Of a stretch of DNA of 64,000 nucleotides, positions 11,603 to 24,454 are shown piece by piece. The notes below the pieces were generated by a model that made no database searches, was not told where the DNA came from, and saw only the letters and a program-made list of their open reading frames with translations. The DNA lies in the NCBI GenBank assembly GCA_003971905.1, contig RSEE01000073.1, positions 62,001 through 126,000 of the forward strand, given 5' to 3'. Source of the DNA: Moniliella sp. 'wahieum' (taxonomy: Eukaryota). The translations under genes were made by a program, and so were the position numbers. The stretch's first letter is position 1. Every line of letters starts with the position of its first letter.

Positions 11603-14226
11603 GCCGTCGATGCTGGACGACTGGCTGGAGGCGCGGGCGGCAAGCAGGACATGGGGTAGTGGGGGGGCGGGGGGCGGAGGGAGGGCGGGCAGGGCGGGCG
11701 GGGCAGGGCAGGCATGGTGGCAGCAGGCGCAGGCGGCGGGAGGAAGAGGGGCGAGGCGGCGCAGACTATGGGGCGTGGGCGACACCGCAATGCATAGCGA
11801 GGGGATGGAGGTGGGGAAGCGGCGGAGGCGGAGGCAGCAGAGGCAGGGGCCGAAGAAGCAGCAACAGAAGCTGACGAAGCGGAGGAGGTGCGGATGTGGA
11901 CGCCGATGTGGATGCGGATGGGATGCTCCACTGCTGCTGTCCGGGCAGGACTCAGTTCCTAGTGCGATCGAGATGCAGGGCCAAGCGCCAAGCAGTGTGC
12001 TGGGCGGCGCCTCGGCAGCGCTCCGATCGGCCTCAGCAGTGCTCGTCGCCGCTCAAATTCCGCCCCGCCTCGCACCCGCCCAGCCTCGCACCTGCCTCAC
12101 ACCCCGACACTGGTCCCCTGCCTTCGCCAGCCCTGCACGGGGCCACCGTCGCCGCACACTGCGCTGGTGCGCAGTGGAGCCATGTGGTGCAGCCAGGCTG
12201 GCCAGGTGCTGTGGCCCGCACCTGGTGCGCGGCCGCACACTGCCCCCGTCCGCCACCTGCCCAAATCTTATCGATTATCGCCCCGCCTGCGTCGGGCGGC
12301 GCCCAGCGGCTCAGCTGAGTCTCAGCACTTGGCACACACTCCCCCAGTGCTGCTCTGGCGCCCTGACGCTTCACCCTTCGCCCTTCAAGCTTCACCCTTC
12401 GGTCTCCAAACCTGCAACGTACTCCTCGCCACCTCCGTCTCATCCATCCATCCATCGCCACTGTCCCCATCCCATCCCCATCCCCATGTCCATCCCCATC
12501 TCTATCCCACCGCCACCGCCCCACTACGGCTCCACCACGCCCCACCCCGCTTCCCCAGGTGATACTGCAAGTGATGCAAGTGATGCCAGTAGGCACGTGA
12601 GAGCGGAGAGGGAGACCTCTGCATGTGATGCAAGTGATACGGTAGGATGTTCTGACCTTGTGATGGTCCGGCCCAGGGCCGCGAGCGGGACAGCATTAGT
12701 GTTCGTCCCTGTGGCGCTGCGAATGGACCTAGGATAGGAACGCGACAGCACCAGCACGTTCAAGGGGCTATTATAGGCCTGAGAGAAGACATCAATGTCC
12801 ACGACAACTACCCTTATTCCACGCCCGCCTCCGTATATTGTATCGATTGGAATGTTGCTGTCCCCACCGACGCCTCGAGGTCATCGAACCCTTCGAGAGC
12901 ATCGAGACCGTCCCCAGACCAGTTGGCCATTCACTATCCTGGGGCCTCTCCCCGCCGCCCTGCACTCGCACCCTCCCTGCCCGAGCTCACGTTCCTTCAG
13001 TTTACTCACTTGAGGCGGCACGTTACGACGTTCTGAAGCGTCCTTGGGGGAGCATTCATTATATTTACCTTCCGACGAACCAAAAAACGTACAGAGGCGC
13101 CCAAGCGGGGGCAGTTAGTTGCGTTGTGTTAGTTGCGTTGGTTGCGTTGGCTGCGGTGCAAGGACCCCTTAGCCTTAGCCTTGACCCACAGTCACTATAG
13201 TCACTAGTCACTGCATCAGAGGGCGGGGGGGGGTGAGAAGACGGAGACGTCGACGGTTATCCCATCTGCCTCAGACCTCATCGATCATCTGCGTCCGTCC
13301 AACACGGAAGAGCAAGATAGGAAGATAAGATTTCTGATCTCATTCAAATAGATAGGTAGTGGGCAGTCCCATTAGCTGTACATCAGCTATACATCAGCTG
13401 TATATCTGCCACCCCTAAGTACAACGTCTTGGCGAATGAATACTGAATACTGAATACTGAATACTGAATACACCGACGAGAGCCGGAGAACCGAGTGTCG
13501 GTGATGGACTTGCAGTGCAGCGGTCGCCCAACACCACGTATGCATCCGTCGGACGCTGCTCCGCCGCGCTCACGGTACCGTTCGTATATGACAAGTGGAG
13601 CGTGGATTGGGAATCAGGACACCAAAACGGTGGCATGCACGTTGGGTGGTGAACGGTGAACGTTTGGACAGGAGATCAGAGTAGCAGAGATCCTATCGGG
13701 AGGGGGGGGGAAGACGAAGCACACGGTGAGACGTATGGGGATGATCAATGATTAATGAGGCATGGCGAAGGGCAGATTGAGGAATGAGGAATGAGGAATG
13801 GACAAAAGAGGAATGATTAATGAGGAGGAATGCGAACCGAACAAGGCAAGAACAGAGCGAGCAACGGAGCAACGGAGCAACGGAGGAAGGAATCATGAGC
13901 AAAGCAAGGAGGAACAGAATGAAGGCATAGACAAAAGAGATGGAGGACGTGGGGAAGCGTACGTGTGGGAGAATATTTGGGGGAAGCAAGCCGTAGGAAC
14001 CGAAACGCAAAGCATCAAAACGCTTCAAAATGCTTGAAACCCGATCCAAGGCGGGAATGGGAGGTCGTGGAATCGCACCGGATCAAAGAAAGGGGCAAAG
14101 AATCGAACGAATCGAACGCATACAAAGTCGAGCCAGTTAACAAGACGGGCAGACAGGCCCAGAGGAAAAGGAAGCACCGTCGCCAGTACCTAGTCCCTAG
14201 TCACTAGAAACCGAGCCACGGGCCAC

Positions 14227-15760
14227 CTACCGGACCCAAGCGCGGACCTTGCGTGTAGCGCGAACGCGAAAGTGGGCCGCACACTGGCGCAACTGACGAA
14301 ACGGATGCGGCGGGCTCGTGATCCTGCTTCTGCTCGTGCTCATGTTCGTGGTCGTGTTCGTGGTCGTGTTCGTGGTGGTACTTGGGCTTAGACTCCTGGA
14401 CAAGGGCGCGCGTTTACCTCTGCACGCCGTGTCCGCGCCCGCACCTAGTTGGGTCCCCGAGCAGCCGCGGGGAACCAGGTCGTGGAACGAGATCGGTCGT
14501 CGACGCGGACCTGTCGCGCCCAACCGTTCGTCCCGCACGTCCATCTCCGACTCGTCCATCTCCCACTCGTCCTCGTACGACGGGCGGACAAGCTCGGCAG
14601 GGTGGGACAGAAGGATCCATCCGGGCTCGGACCAACGTTGCTCACGGGACGTAAGGATGGGTCTGTGGGGCCCGTCTAACGATTTGAGGCGTTGTAGCCA
14701 GTCGTGCGACGAGACGCGCTTCGGCGCACTCACCCCCGCCTCGATCTCCGACTCTGCCTCCGCCTCCGCCTGTGGCTGTGGCTGTGGCTGTGGCTGTGGC
14801 TGTGGCTGTGCCGCCGCCCGTGCCTCTGCGGCTGGGTGGAGCACGACGCAACCCGGTACCGAGGGAGGGGAGACGGTGGAGGCGAGGGAGGAAGCGCTGT
14901 GGTCTGACGGACATAAGCTCGGGGTGCCCAGCGGAGGGGAAGCGAGTGGGTCGGAATCGGTATCGGAATGGGAATGGGAATGGGAATCGGGATCCGAGTA
15001 CGACACGGTGTGCGGTGGGGGTAAGTAGACCAAGGCCATCGAAGTGCGCAGTGGAGCCTCGCCCGCCCCCACTCCCACCTTCCCAGCAAGCAAGAGGGGT
15101 GCAGCAATATCGACCAATTCGGCTTCGGTGACGGTAAGGCGGTAGTCGAGCAGTGCGAGAAAGGTACATTCCATACGAGTTACCTCGGACGTAGTGAACA
15201 GTTGACTGTACCTTGCCCACGTGCTATTCTTCAAAGCCCGATCGTGGGTCATCTTGGCTGCTATCACGATCGCCGCGAGCAAAAGCCGGTGCGCCGCACT
15301 CTCCCTCTCCTTCTGCTTTTGGTTTGGCTTCTGCTTCTGCTTCTGCTTTGGCTTCTGGGTCTGGGTCTCGCACTGGTCCTGGAAGGGTAGTGCGCGGCCG
15401 ACCCGGAGGGCATACACCAGCGCCACGAGCAAGGTACCGCTAGCTGCGCTAGCGTGGGCCAAGTGTGTGAGCCAGGGCGCGAGGCGGGAGGGCGGGGCGC
15501 AGGGCGGGGAGCCGACCAGCAGCTGGACGTGGGCGGCAACGTGTTCTGTCGGCGGGTCGCCAGGACGAAGGTAGAGGGGGGGGGGAGAACCAAGGTTAGG
15601 ACGGTGGGTGCGCAGAGGGGAGGAGGGGAGACGGACGAGTGAGGTGGGGCTGCAGGGGCTGGGCCAAGAGGTGGAGGAGGGCGGGGGTGTGCTGGCGCAG
15701 CGGGAGGAGCGAGGCCGGGTGGAGGCGCCGGTCGGGCGGGGGCGGGGCGAGGGGGCGCAT
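14227..15760 (-). CDS. Pho85-type cyclin (Pcl1/2 class, Pcl12-like); intron ~15547-15636
   Basis: Exon 1 HPASLLPLRQHTPALLHLL; cyclin box TLLVALVYALRV..SAAHRLLLAAIVIAAKMTHDRALKNSTWARYSQLFTTSEVTRMECTFLALLDYRL. Confidence 0.85.
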
Positions 15761-17283
15761 GGCGGCGGAGGCTCAGCGCGCGGGCGGAGGCGCCGAGCGC
15801 CAGCGGCTTAAGTACAAGTACAAGCAGCGCAGCAGGCGTGCATGCTGGGGGGGGCGACGCGCATCGAGCATCGCCAAGCAGCAGTCGTGGTTGCTGTTTC
15901 CTGGCAGCGCATTCCAAGTCACAACACCAAATACAACACCATGCCAGGCCAGGGCGGTGCTGCTTACGTATGCCGCTGGGCGGCGTAGTGCCTGCGCCCA
16001 GCCGTCGCACACACGCCGCAGTACTCAGCAGTACTCAGTAGTACTCAACCCCCGCGCGCCCATGCCACTTCCAACATGCACAATCCCATCCACAATCCCA
16101 TCCAATCCCATCCACTCCACTCCAGTCCAACCCATCCCACCCACGCCAATCCATTCTCCTGCCTGTTCGGAGCACGCACAACAACAAAAGCGGATGCCGT
16201 CCCACCGTCACTGCTCCTCGCTCCCCTTTTCGCGTCACATGTCACACGTCACACTGCCTCAGCCTCGTATCGGCGCCGTTGCCGCGGCTACTGGCGGCAG
16301 TGGCAAAAACAGAAAACAAGAGCAGACGCACGCCAAGTTCAGCTAGTGACGAGTGCATATCGAATGGCCTGGGAGCGCTGGAGCTTGAGCTTGAGCTTGA
16401 GCATGAAGAATGGCAGCGCTAGCTGAGCTGAGCATATGAGTACTCGTCGAGTGCGCTGCGTACGTGGAGCTAGTGAGCTAGTGACTAGTGACTGATGAAT
16501 GATCGCTGGGTCATGGGAGGGCCAAGCCACAAGGACGCCACGCAAGGGGGGCATTTTCTGTCACACATGCGCAGCCAGGCACCAGGGCTGTGTGCATGGC
16601 GCGGGCGCTCCGGTCCGGTGGTGCCGGCCACGCACGTCGGCGAGCCCCTGTGTTTGGGGTTGGGTTGCCACTTTAATACTTGGTACTTAGTACTTGGTAC
16701 TTAGTACTTACTGCTAGTGCCATAATGCAAACCCACAGTGGAGTGGTGTATTTACCGCGCGGACCTGCCGGTTGTCCCCCTTTTGTTGCCGCCCCGGCCC
16801 CGCCGCAGCCTTGGCTCTCGCTTTGGGCTGGCCAATTGGACTTTGCGCCGCTCGTTGCGGTGGGGAAGGTGGGCGGGGGGTGCGCAGTTTTCCTGTTCTG
16901 GGGTGGTTAACGTACTTGACGTACGTTAATGGTTGTTTGTTGGGCGTGCGTACCGCTGCGCCGTCCACGGGCTGCTGCGAGCGCTCTCCGCCGGACGAAC
17001 GCAGCGGGCAGGCGCGCTAGGCAGGTATAGGAGCGCATAGGAGGCGGATCGGCGGGGCTATCGACTATCTGGGCCGGGGATGGCCTGTGCCATGACATGT
17101 GACGTGTGACGTGACATGTGACAGAGGAGGTGACATGTGATGCATGACAATGTCACTGAGCCAGACGCCATGCGTGACGACATGCACACTTAAGATGTTA
17201 GTGCGCCGCCACATGTGCTCCCACGACACTCTCCTCTGTGTCTGCTCTGCGCCACCACCCTGCCTCCGCTTGTCTTGTGCGCC

Positions 17284-20200
17284 ATGGCCAGCGCGCCGCA
17301 GCTGCTCGACCAAGCCCACCGCCTCGCCTCCCTCCCGACCCCACTGACCGCGACGACACCAACGACCTCGTCCGCCTCGCCGCCTGCGTCGCCCGCCTCC
17401 ACCACGCCCCCCGCACCCCCTTTGGCCTCACCCCCCCCGTCCTTCCAATCGCTCCACTCTGGCTCTCGCTCGCTGCCCCCCCGACGTGTCGTCCAGCCCT
17501 TCCTGTGCCCCCCACGCCCGTCGCGCCCTTGTCCCCCCTCCTCCGCCCCCGCCCCCCCGGCAGCCACTTCCACGAACCCTTCCCGAGCTGTCAGATTATC
17601 CTACCCAGTTCCCCGCGGGCCTCCGTCTGGGCTTGGTGCGCGTCAACCGTGGTGCCCAGACCGGTTGGCTCGTGCCCCCCGCCTTGTCCACCCGTCTACG
17701 CCTGGCCCCGCCTACTTTGAGCCAATGTACGTCGCCCTCCCCTTCCTCTCCCCTGTTGTTGCGGGACCGCAACGCTGGCAAGAACTGACCCAGCGCCGCC
17801 GTAGATGCGAGATCGCCGCCGAGACCTATTCCACGCTTGTCAAGGCTGCAGCGACAGTGACCTGTTGCTTCACCTCGACCAAAGGGGCGAGGTACGAGGA
17901 CAGGCCCGCGCTGCACAGGGTGCTGTGCCAATGGGCTGGGCTCGAGTCGGAGGCACCCCAACAGGCTGCCGTGCAAGTTTTGACTCAACGGTTCCGGCCC
18001 TCGTCGGGGCAGACGCGCGACAATCCACCCAATGTCGCGCGTCACTTCCAAGCCCAGCTTATCGCCCTTACTATCGAGTACAGTATTCGGTGCCAGGAGA
18101 ATGAGCCCAGTGAGGTGGTCAAGGACCTCCAGCGGCGTCGCCAGGCCCTGGCCGACGCAGTGGCAGACAAACCGGACGACAGGCACTTTGGCATGCCAGG
18201 CGGAGGCTACAGGTCCCCTCCACCTCTGCCAAGGGGACCGTGGACGCGATTATGTTGCTTACTGAAACTGCAGACCGGTTGGGCGAGCCAGTGGATTCAG
18301 TCACTGTACGTGACACGTTACTCAAACAGGCTCAAGGGAAGTTTGTCGATGGTTCTATGGACCAGGCGGCTCGCGACCCGTTCTTGCTACCGTTAGCTAC
18401 CTGGCTTCACCGCCTTCACCCTTCTCACCCGCAAATTCTGTTGCTCTTAGCGTGCACGTACTATATGTTGAACGACCTACGTGGCTCGCTGTGGTACAAC
18501 TCGCTGCTGTTGCGTATCAACCCGTCGTATGTTGAGGCGATGAACAACCTCGGTCTCACGCTTCGCTCATTAGGACGTTGGCGCGAGGCGGAAAGTTGGT
18601 GGTGGCGAACGCTGCGCCACCGGGCCTACTGGGACGGGTACGACCACTTGCTCGAGTCGTGTGTGGGCCGCACCAGTGGGTTGAGCCCAAGGTACGAGAG
18701 ATGCCCGAGGACGTACGGGCAGCGCTGCCGGACCTAACGTTGGTGCCGGTACAACCGCTATTGGCACCACATGGGCCTAGACTAGAAGAGGCATTACATC
18801 TTTGTCGGGAGATGGAGAAACGTGCGATGCCATTGAACGTTAAGCCGATCCGTTGTCCTGCCACCTTGGCTCCAGCTCACCTGTGCCGCCTCCAGCACCT
18901 GTACTATGCGATGGGCAATGTGAAATTTGTGCTTCCGCACGAAGGGGTGCAGGAGGCTGTCAAGGACTACGAACGGTCGATCCAAGTGGCCATCTCGTAC
19001 GGCGATGCGGTCTATACCTTATCTGATCTGGTTGTGGCCACGTGCGTAGTATCGATCTTGACATTTGGTGTGCGTGTACCTCCGGAGCGTGCGCATGCGC
19101 TCGCTGAAGCTGTGGGGATCGACCTGGACGATCCTATCCAAGCGGTGTATGTGCACAATGGGGATTACGCCAGTTTGGGCAGCAGCGGGATCTTGGAGCG
19201 GGTGCATGAAGCTGGGGAGCGAGGTGTGCAAGCGTTGCTTGCTGTGGGTGGGGGAAAGTGCCCATTCTCTATGTGCCTCCGCCCAACGCTACTCGTCTGG
19301 CGGAAATCCTGTTCCAACTCACGGAGGGTATCCTTCCTTCGCTCTTCCACCTTTCTCGGGGCACGATCCCCTCTTTACAAGGAGAAGACTGGGGCGATGT
19401 TATCGAGTGTACTGATGACCTTGATCAAGGTGTACCAATCTCCTGTGACGGAGACGCGGATGACACTGGGAGGCATGGAGGCTGGGGTGGGCTTGGTACT
19501 AGCTTGCTTTTATCTGGCCTTTGCGTTGCACCCATCCTCATCTACCTGCAACAACCTCGGTATCCTATTTACGTCTCTTCCAATGAGCATGAGCGTCGTG
19601 AGCGGTACCCGTTCTAGCGCGGTGGAACTGACGGGCCAGCACATGGCGCTGTGGTACTACCGTAGTGGGCTGCTACTTGATTCGAGCGATGCTCATCTGT
19701 ACACGAGCATTGGATCGCTGCTCAAAGACCTTGATCATCTCGGTGAAAGCATCGAGATGTACAAGCGCGCCGTCGACTGTGCACCCAACTACGACGGCGC
19801 TGGCCAACCTAGCCAACGCAATCAAAGACCAAGGTCGGACACAAGACAGCATCGTCTACTACCGTCGAGCTGTGGCGGAGAATCCGGACTTTTCAGCGGC
19901 GGTGTGCGGGTTGGTGAATGCCTTGTTGGCCATCTGTTCCTGGGACGACGTGTACGAAGGTCCGCGTCTGATGGACCGTGTGCAATCCATCTGCGAGCAA
20001 GAGGTGCAAGAGGGGGGGTTGTACGGTGGGGGGATCCTTGCGTCGGACGGAACAAGGGAAGAGTGGGTAGGAAGGATTGCACGTTCACTTGGGTTGGGAC
20101 TGGAAGGTCGCGCAGAATGGAACAAAGTGTTGGCACCGTACTTTACTTCGACACCTGCGCGCGGCGAAGGTTCCTTCCTTCTACGTTTGGTCCAACGTTG

Positions 20201-22210
20201 TGCGCGCGACGGGATGCGGCGATGGTACGTATCTGCCCTCCGGTCTGGCCAGCCGGCCAAGGCAAGCGATAGCGATAGCTGTGCCTATCCGCGTCTGTTG
20301 TTACCGGAGCACCTGGACAGTCCCCCTCTTCCTACCATTCTTCCCTTTCACACGTTCACCTACCCGCTCACGCCGCGTCAAATTCGGATTATCTGTCATC
20401 GCAACGCACTGCGCGTGACCTGGGCCACGCTAACCCAGCCCTGGGTGCCAAAGGAAGTGTACCCCCCTCCGGCGCCACCGGGGCGGCTCAAGGTAGCCTA
20501 CGTCTCTTCGGACTTTGCCAACCACCCTATGGCGCATTTGATGCAAAGTGTGTTTGGCATGCACGATCTGACCCAATTTGAAGTATTTTGTTTTGCCACG
20601 ACGCCCGCGGACGGGTCGCCCTACCGGGAGAAAATCGAGGCTGAGGCCGAACATTTCGAGCAGGTGGCTGGATGGGATAGCGAACGGTTGGTTAATCGGT
20701 TGGTGCAGGAAGGCATCCATATCCTGATCAACCTTCATGGGTACACCAAAGGAGCTCGAAACGAGATCTTTGCTGCTCGACCCTGTCCTGTGCAAGTGGA
20801 GTACATGGGCTTTGCCGGTCCCATGAACAGTAGTTGGACCGACTGGGTTGTGGCGGATCCGATTGTCTGTCCACCTCAAACGACGGGTCCGACGGTAGCG
20901 CGAACCAAGGGGGAGCAAGATCCCGAAGGCGGTGGAAACTGGGTGTACTCAGACCGTTTCATTTACCTACCACCATCGTACTTTGTCACGGACCAAAACA
21001 AGGCTTCCGCGATGACCTTCCGCACGGGTGGGGCAGAGAGAGAAACGACGGTACGAAGCGCGTCGATCACTCTTCCCTCGTTTGCCAGACGATTACTTTA
21101 TCTTTGTCAATGCGAATCAGTTGTGGAAGATGGATCCGGAGCTATTTTCCGTATGGCTGCGCATCCTTAAACGCGTACCTAAATCTATTTTGTGGTTACT
21201 GCACTTCCCACTTGCTGGGAGCCTGCACTTGCGCGCCACAGCACGCCGCTTGGCTGGTGACGAGGTCGCTGCACGAATCGTATTTACCCCTGTGGCACCT
21301 AAGGAGGTGCACGTTGAACGTGGTCGGATCGCCGATTTGTTTCTTGACATGGCTGAGGTACGTCCCCCTTCTCTCCCCCCTTTCCTTTTTCCTTTTCCCT
21401 TTTTCCCTTTTTCCCCTTTCCCTTGACCTTCTGGAGACCCAACTGACATGGCCGCCCAGTGCAATGCGCATACCACTGCCGTCGACATTCTGTGGTCGGG
21501 CACGCCGATGCTCACCTGGCCTAGGCACGAGTACAAAATGTGTTCGGGGTGGGGTGCGTCGTGCGTCGAGGCGACCGGTCGGGGCAGCGAGATGATCGTC
21601 ACTTCTGCCGAGGCTTATGAAGACAGAGCGGTAGAGTTGGCCCAGAGCGTGAGGTACGACTACCTGATGATCAGGGCCACCTGCTTGCTTCACCCGCCGC
21701 CACCTCCACTTCCACCTCCACCTCCACCGACACTTCCACGACATTCCCCTCCACTGACCCTTCCACCGCCACCGACCACCCATCACACCGCCGACTTTGC
21801 AAGCCGACAAGGAGTCGCGCTATGCCGCCAAACCCCCAGCTGAGATGTCAGCGACGGTGGAATTACCGCTCCCAACCGATCCGGAGAGGGAAGGGTTATT
21901 GGATGACAAGTGGATGAGTTCTGTCCGGTTGGGTAGCAGTCCTCCTCGTCCCGCCCAAGCAGCCAGTCGACAGGGACACGGTCAACTAAACGATCTTCGG
22001 CGGCACCTCTATCTGCACCGGGACGAGTCGCGGTTGTTTGATACGCAAGCATGGGTGCGGTCCTTGGAGCGCGGGCTGCAAGAAGCCTGGCGCCGCTGGG
22101 TTGCAGGTACGGACGAGGAGGAAACGTCAGCTGAGTACCGAGCGTTGCCGCCTGATGCGCCCGAGCGGATTAGTCCCCACATTTGGGTCGACCAAGCTCC
22201 GCAGGCGTAA
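17284..22210 (+). CDS. O-GlcNAc transferase-like protein (GT41, TPR repeats); several frameshifts, intron ~21357-21459
   Basis: TPRs (YVEAMNNLGLTLRSLG, ALANLANAIKDQG), ILPFHTFTYPL, LKVAYVSSDFANHPMAHLMQSVFGMHD, HILINLHGYTKGARNEIFAARPCPVQ, NANQLWKMDP, ADLFLD, CNAHTTAVDILWSGTP, LFDTQAWVRSLE. Confidence 0.92.
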
Positions 22211-22744
22211 CGCGTAAGGCCAGCCTCTTGGTCGTCGTGCATTGTAGCATTGTATGCCCTGGAGCTCGAGTGGCTAAGGTTGTCTGAGAAGAAGAGGTTA
22301 GAGAGGCGGGTCTAGATACTCTATAGCCACGCTATGGTCAGGGAAGAACAAACAGGTATGTAAAGCTATCCCCTTTTGTTGCTAGGTCTAGCCAGGGGCA
22401 CGCTGCAACGAACTGAGAACACATTTACCTCCGAAACCCCGCCAGGGGGGCGGTAGGCCGTACATTACTGTGGTGTGGGCCAGAGCCACAGACCGTGTCG
22501 TACGCAATCAAGAGGGCAAAACCAGTGCAGAAAAGTAGAGGTAGAGGGAAAGGGGGCGCGGAAAAAAGATAGAGCGGGGCAGAAGAGGCAGATGCCCCAA
22601 CCCCCCGCAACGGCTCTCAGAGCCACAAGGGGTATAGCCACAAGGGGTATGGATCAAGCGGATATCAAAGGAAGCACAGAGCAAAAATGTGGGTATCACA
22701 GGCGTGGCATCCAGAAGAGGGGGGGTGTGAGTGTGAGTTTCCGA

Positions 22745-23659
22745 CTAGGTGGACGTGTGGGCCTTGTTGGCCATCTCGACAAAGGCATGGTTAATCAACC
22801 CGAGTCGGTCCACATTGTTGGCTGTGGAAGTGGGTGCCGAGGCAAGGGAAGTAAGCGCGGGTGTGGCCACAGGGGTGGCAGCGGGCACGGTAGAGGACGA
22901 AGCAAGGGCAGCGGCAGCGGCCGAGTCAGCCGAAGCGGCCGAAGCGGCCGAAGCAGCGGAAGCAGCGGAGAGGGACGAAATCGAGGCGGCGGATGCGACG
23001 GAGGCTTCAGACTGGACAGAGGCCTTGGAGGCGGACAAGAGGGAAGCGTGAGACCGCGAGGCAGCTGCTTGCGCCACACTTGCTACCGACGCCTTGGACG
23101 CCGCGACGGACGAAACATGTGCCAGCCAAGAGGAGCGAGCCGAGGCACGAGATTCACTGCTGACAGACAAGACGGATTGAATCGAAGCGGAGGCCTTGGA
23201 TGCCGACGAAGCAGCAGCAGCGGCATCGCCAAACACCCACGTGATGCTAATCTTGCCTGCACCCAGAGGGGAAAAGTAGGAGAACAGAGCCTTGGTCATA
23301 TCCAGATCATCACCGCCGCAGTTACCGCCGCCGGTGGGGCACGCATCTGCAATCGTGGCCGTGTGGGACTTTCCGTTGGCGTAGATGGTGATCGTTTGGC
23401 CACAATACTGCGATTGGGCATTCAAGTTTCCGTACATGGGCTGGGCAAGGGCAACGGTGAAGCCGTCAGGGGAAAGAGATCCCCCACAAGCACCCAGGTC
23501 CCCATTCTGGATCTCGTAAAAGGTACCGTAGGTGTCGTGCTTGCCGTCGCGAGGGAAAAGCTCGTGGGCACGGTTCTGATGCGGTGAACGCTGGGGGCGC
23601 AGCTGGTGCGCCAGAGCAAGTGATGGGAGCAGCGCACCGAGCAGGAGAAGGACGCGCAT
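22745..23659 (-). CDS. Secreted RlpA-like double-psi beta-barrel (expansin/loosenin-like) protein with Ala/Ser-rich tail
   Basis: Signal peptide MRVLLLLGALLPSLALA, GTFYEIQNGDLGACG, CGQTITI, ATIADACPTG, DDLDMTKALF, GKISITWVF. Confidence 0.88.
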   Translation of the reverse strand: MRVLLLLGALLPSLALAHQLRPQRSPHQNRAHELFPRDGKHDTYGTFYEIQNGDLGACGGSLSPDGFTVALAQPMYGNLNAQSQYCGQTITIYANGKSHTATIADACPTGGGNCGGDDLDMTKALFSYFSPLGAGKISITWVFGDAAAAASSASKASASIQSVLSVSSESRASARSSWLAHVSSVAASKASVASVAQAAASRSHASLLSASKASVQSEASVASAASISSLSAASAASAASAASADSAAAAALASSSTVPAATPVATPALTSLASAPTSTANNVDRLGLINHAFVEMANKAHTST

Positions 23660-24454
23660 TGTATAGACGGGAAGAGGGGAGGCGGGGAAACGAAACGAAA
23701 CGAAGGTGGTGGCAGTGGGCGCAGGAGGTGCAGTAGGCAGCACTCCTGCTCTGCTCCGTCAAGCTTGAGCCTTGAGTGCGGCCTGCGCTAGGGAAAGACC
23801 ACAAAGATATAACGCCAACGGAGCAGAGGGCAATACATATTAACCCTATCCGTCGATACCGGGAGACGCGCGTGGGCGCCGCAGAGGAGGGCCACAGGGT
23901 CGTGCCTACCGTATCCACTGGCCTGCGGCTGTTCGCGAGGGCAAGCCACCGCCGCCACAAGCCAGCCACAGGAGGAGGCTACTCGCGCGAGGGACAGGAG
24001 CACCACCGGCCCATCGAGGACACACGCTATGCCCAACCGGATTAAAGCAGCCAACACGGAAGCTGCCCCACCCGTGGACTGTTCTCCACACACCCTCGTT
24101 AACATCAGTGATGCATGATGGCAGAGCGCGCTCACAGTATCGCAAATGGTGATCGCCGAGTACTAGAGTACTGCTGAGGTGACCGGTGACTAGGTGAAGT
24201 AGTGACTGCTATGTAGTGACTGTATGGTCAAGCTTCTACTGACCGGCTAGTGCCTAGTAGTTATGCATACTGATGCTATTGCTAGCGATCTGAGATCGGA
24301 CTTCAAGCTTCAAGCATCATGCATCACATGTCACACCGAAGCGCCCCCCTTCGCCCTTTGCGAGCGTCCGAAAACAGAACTCCTGCATCCTCTGCATTCA
24401 CTTTTTGGAGAGGCATCAAATCATCACATTCAAGTCATCTTACCATCACAGGTA

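Noticed and set aside
11421..12737. 438 aa plus-strand ORF, and similar long low-complexity ORFs at 15264-16346 and 22475-23587
   Set aside because: GC-rich low-complexity or antisense translations with no domain signal.
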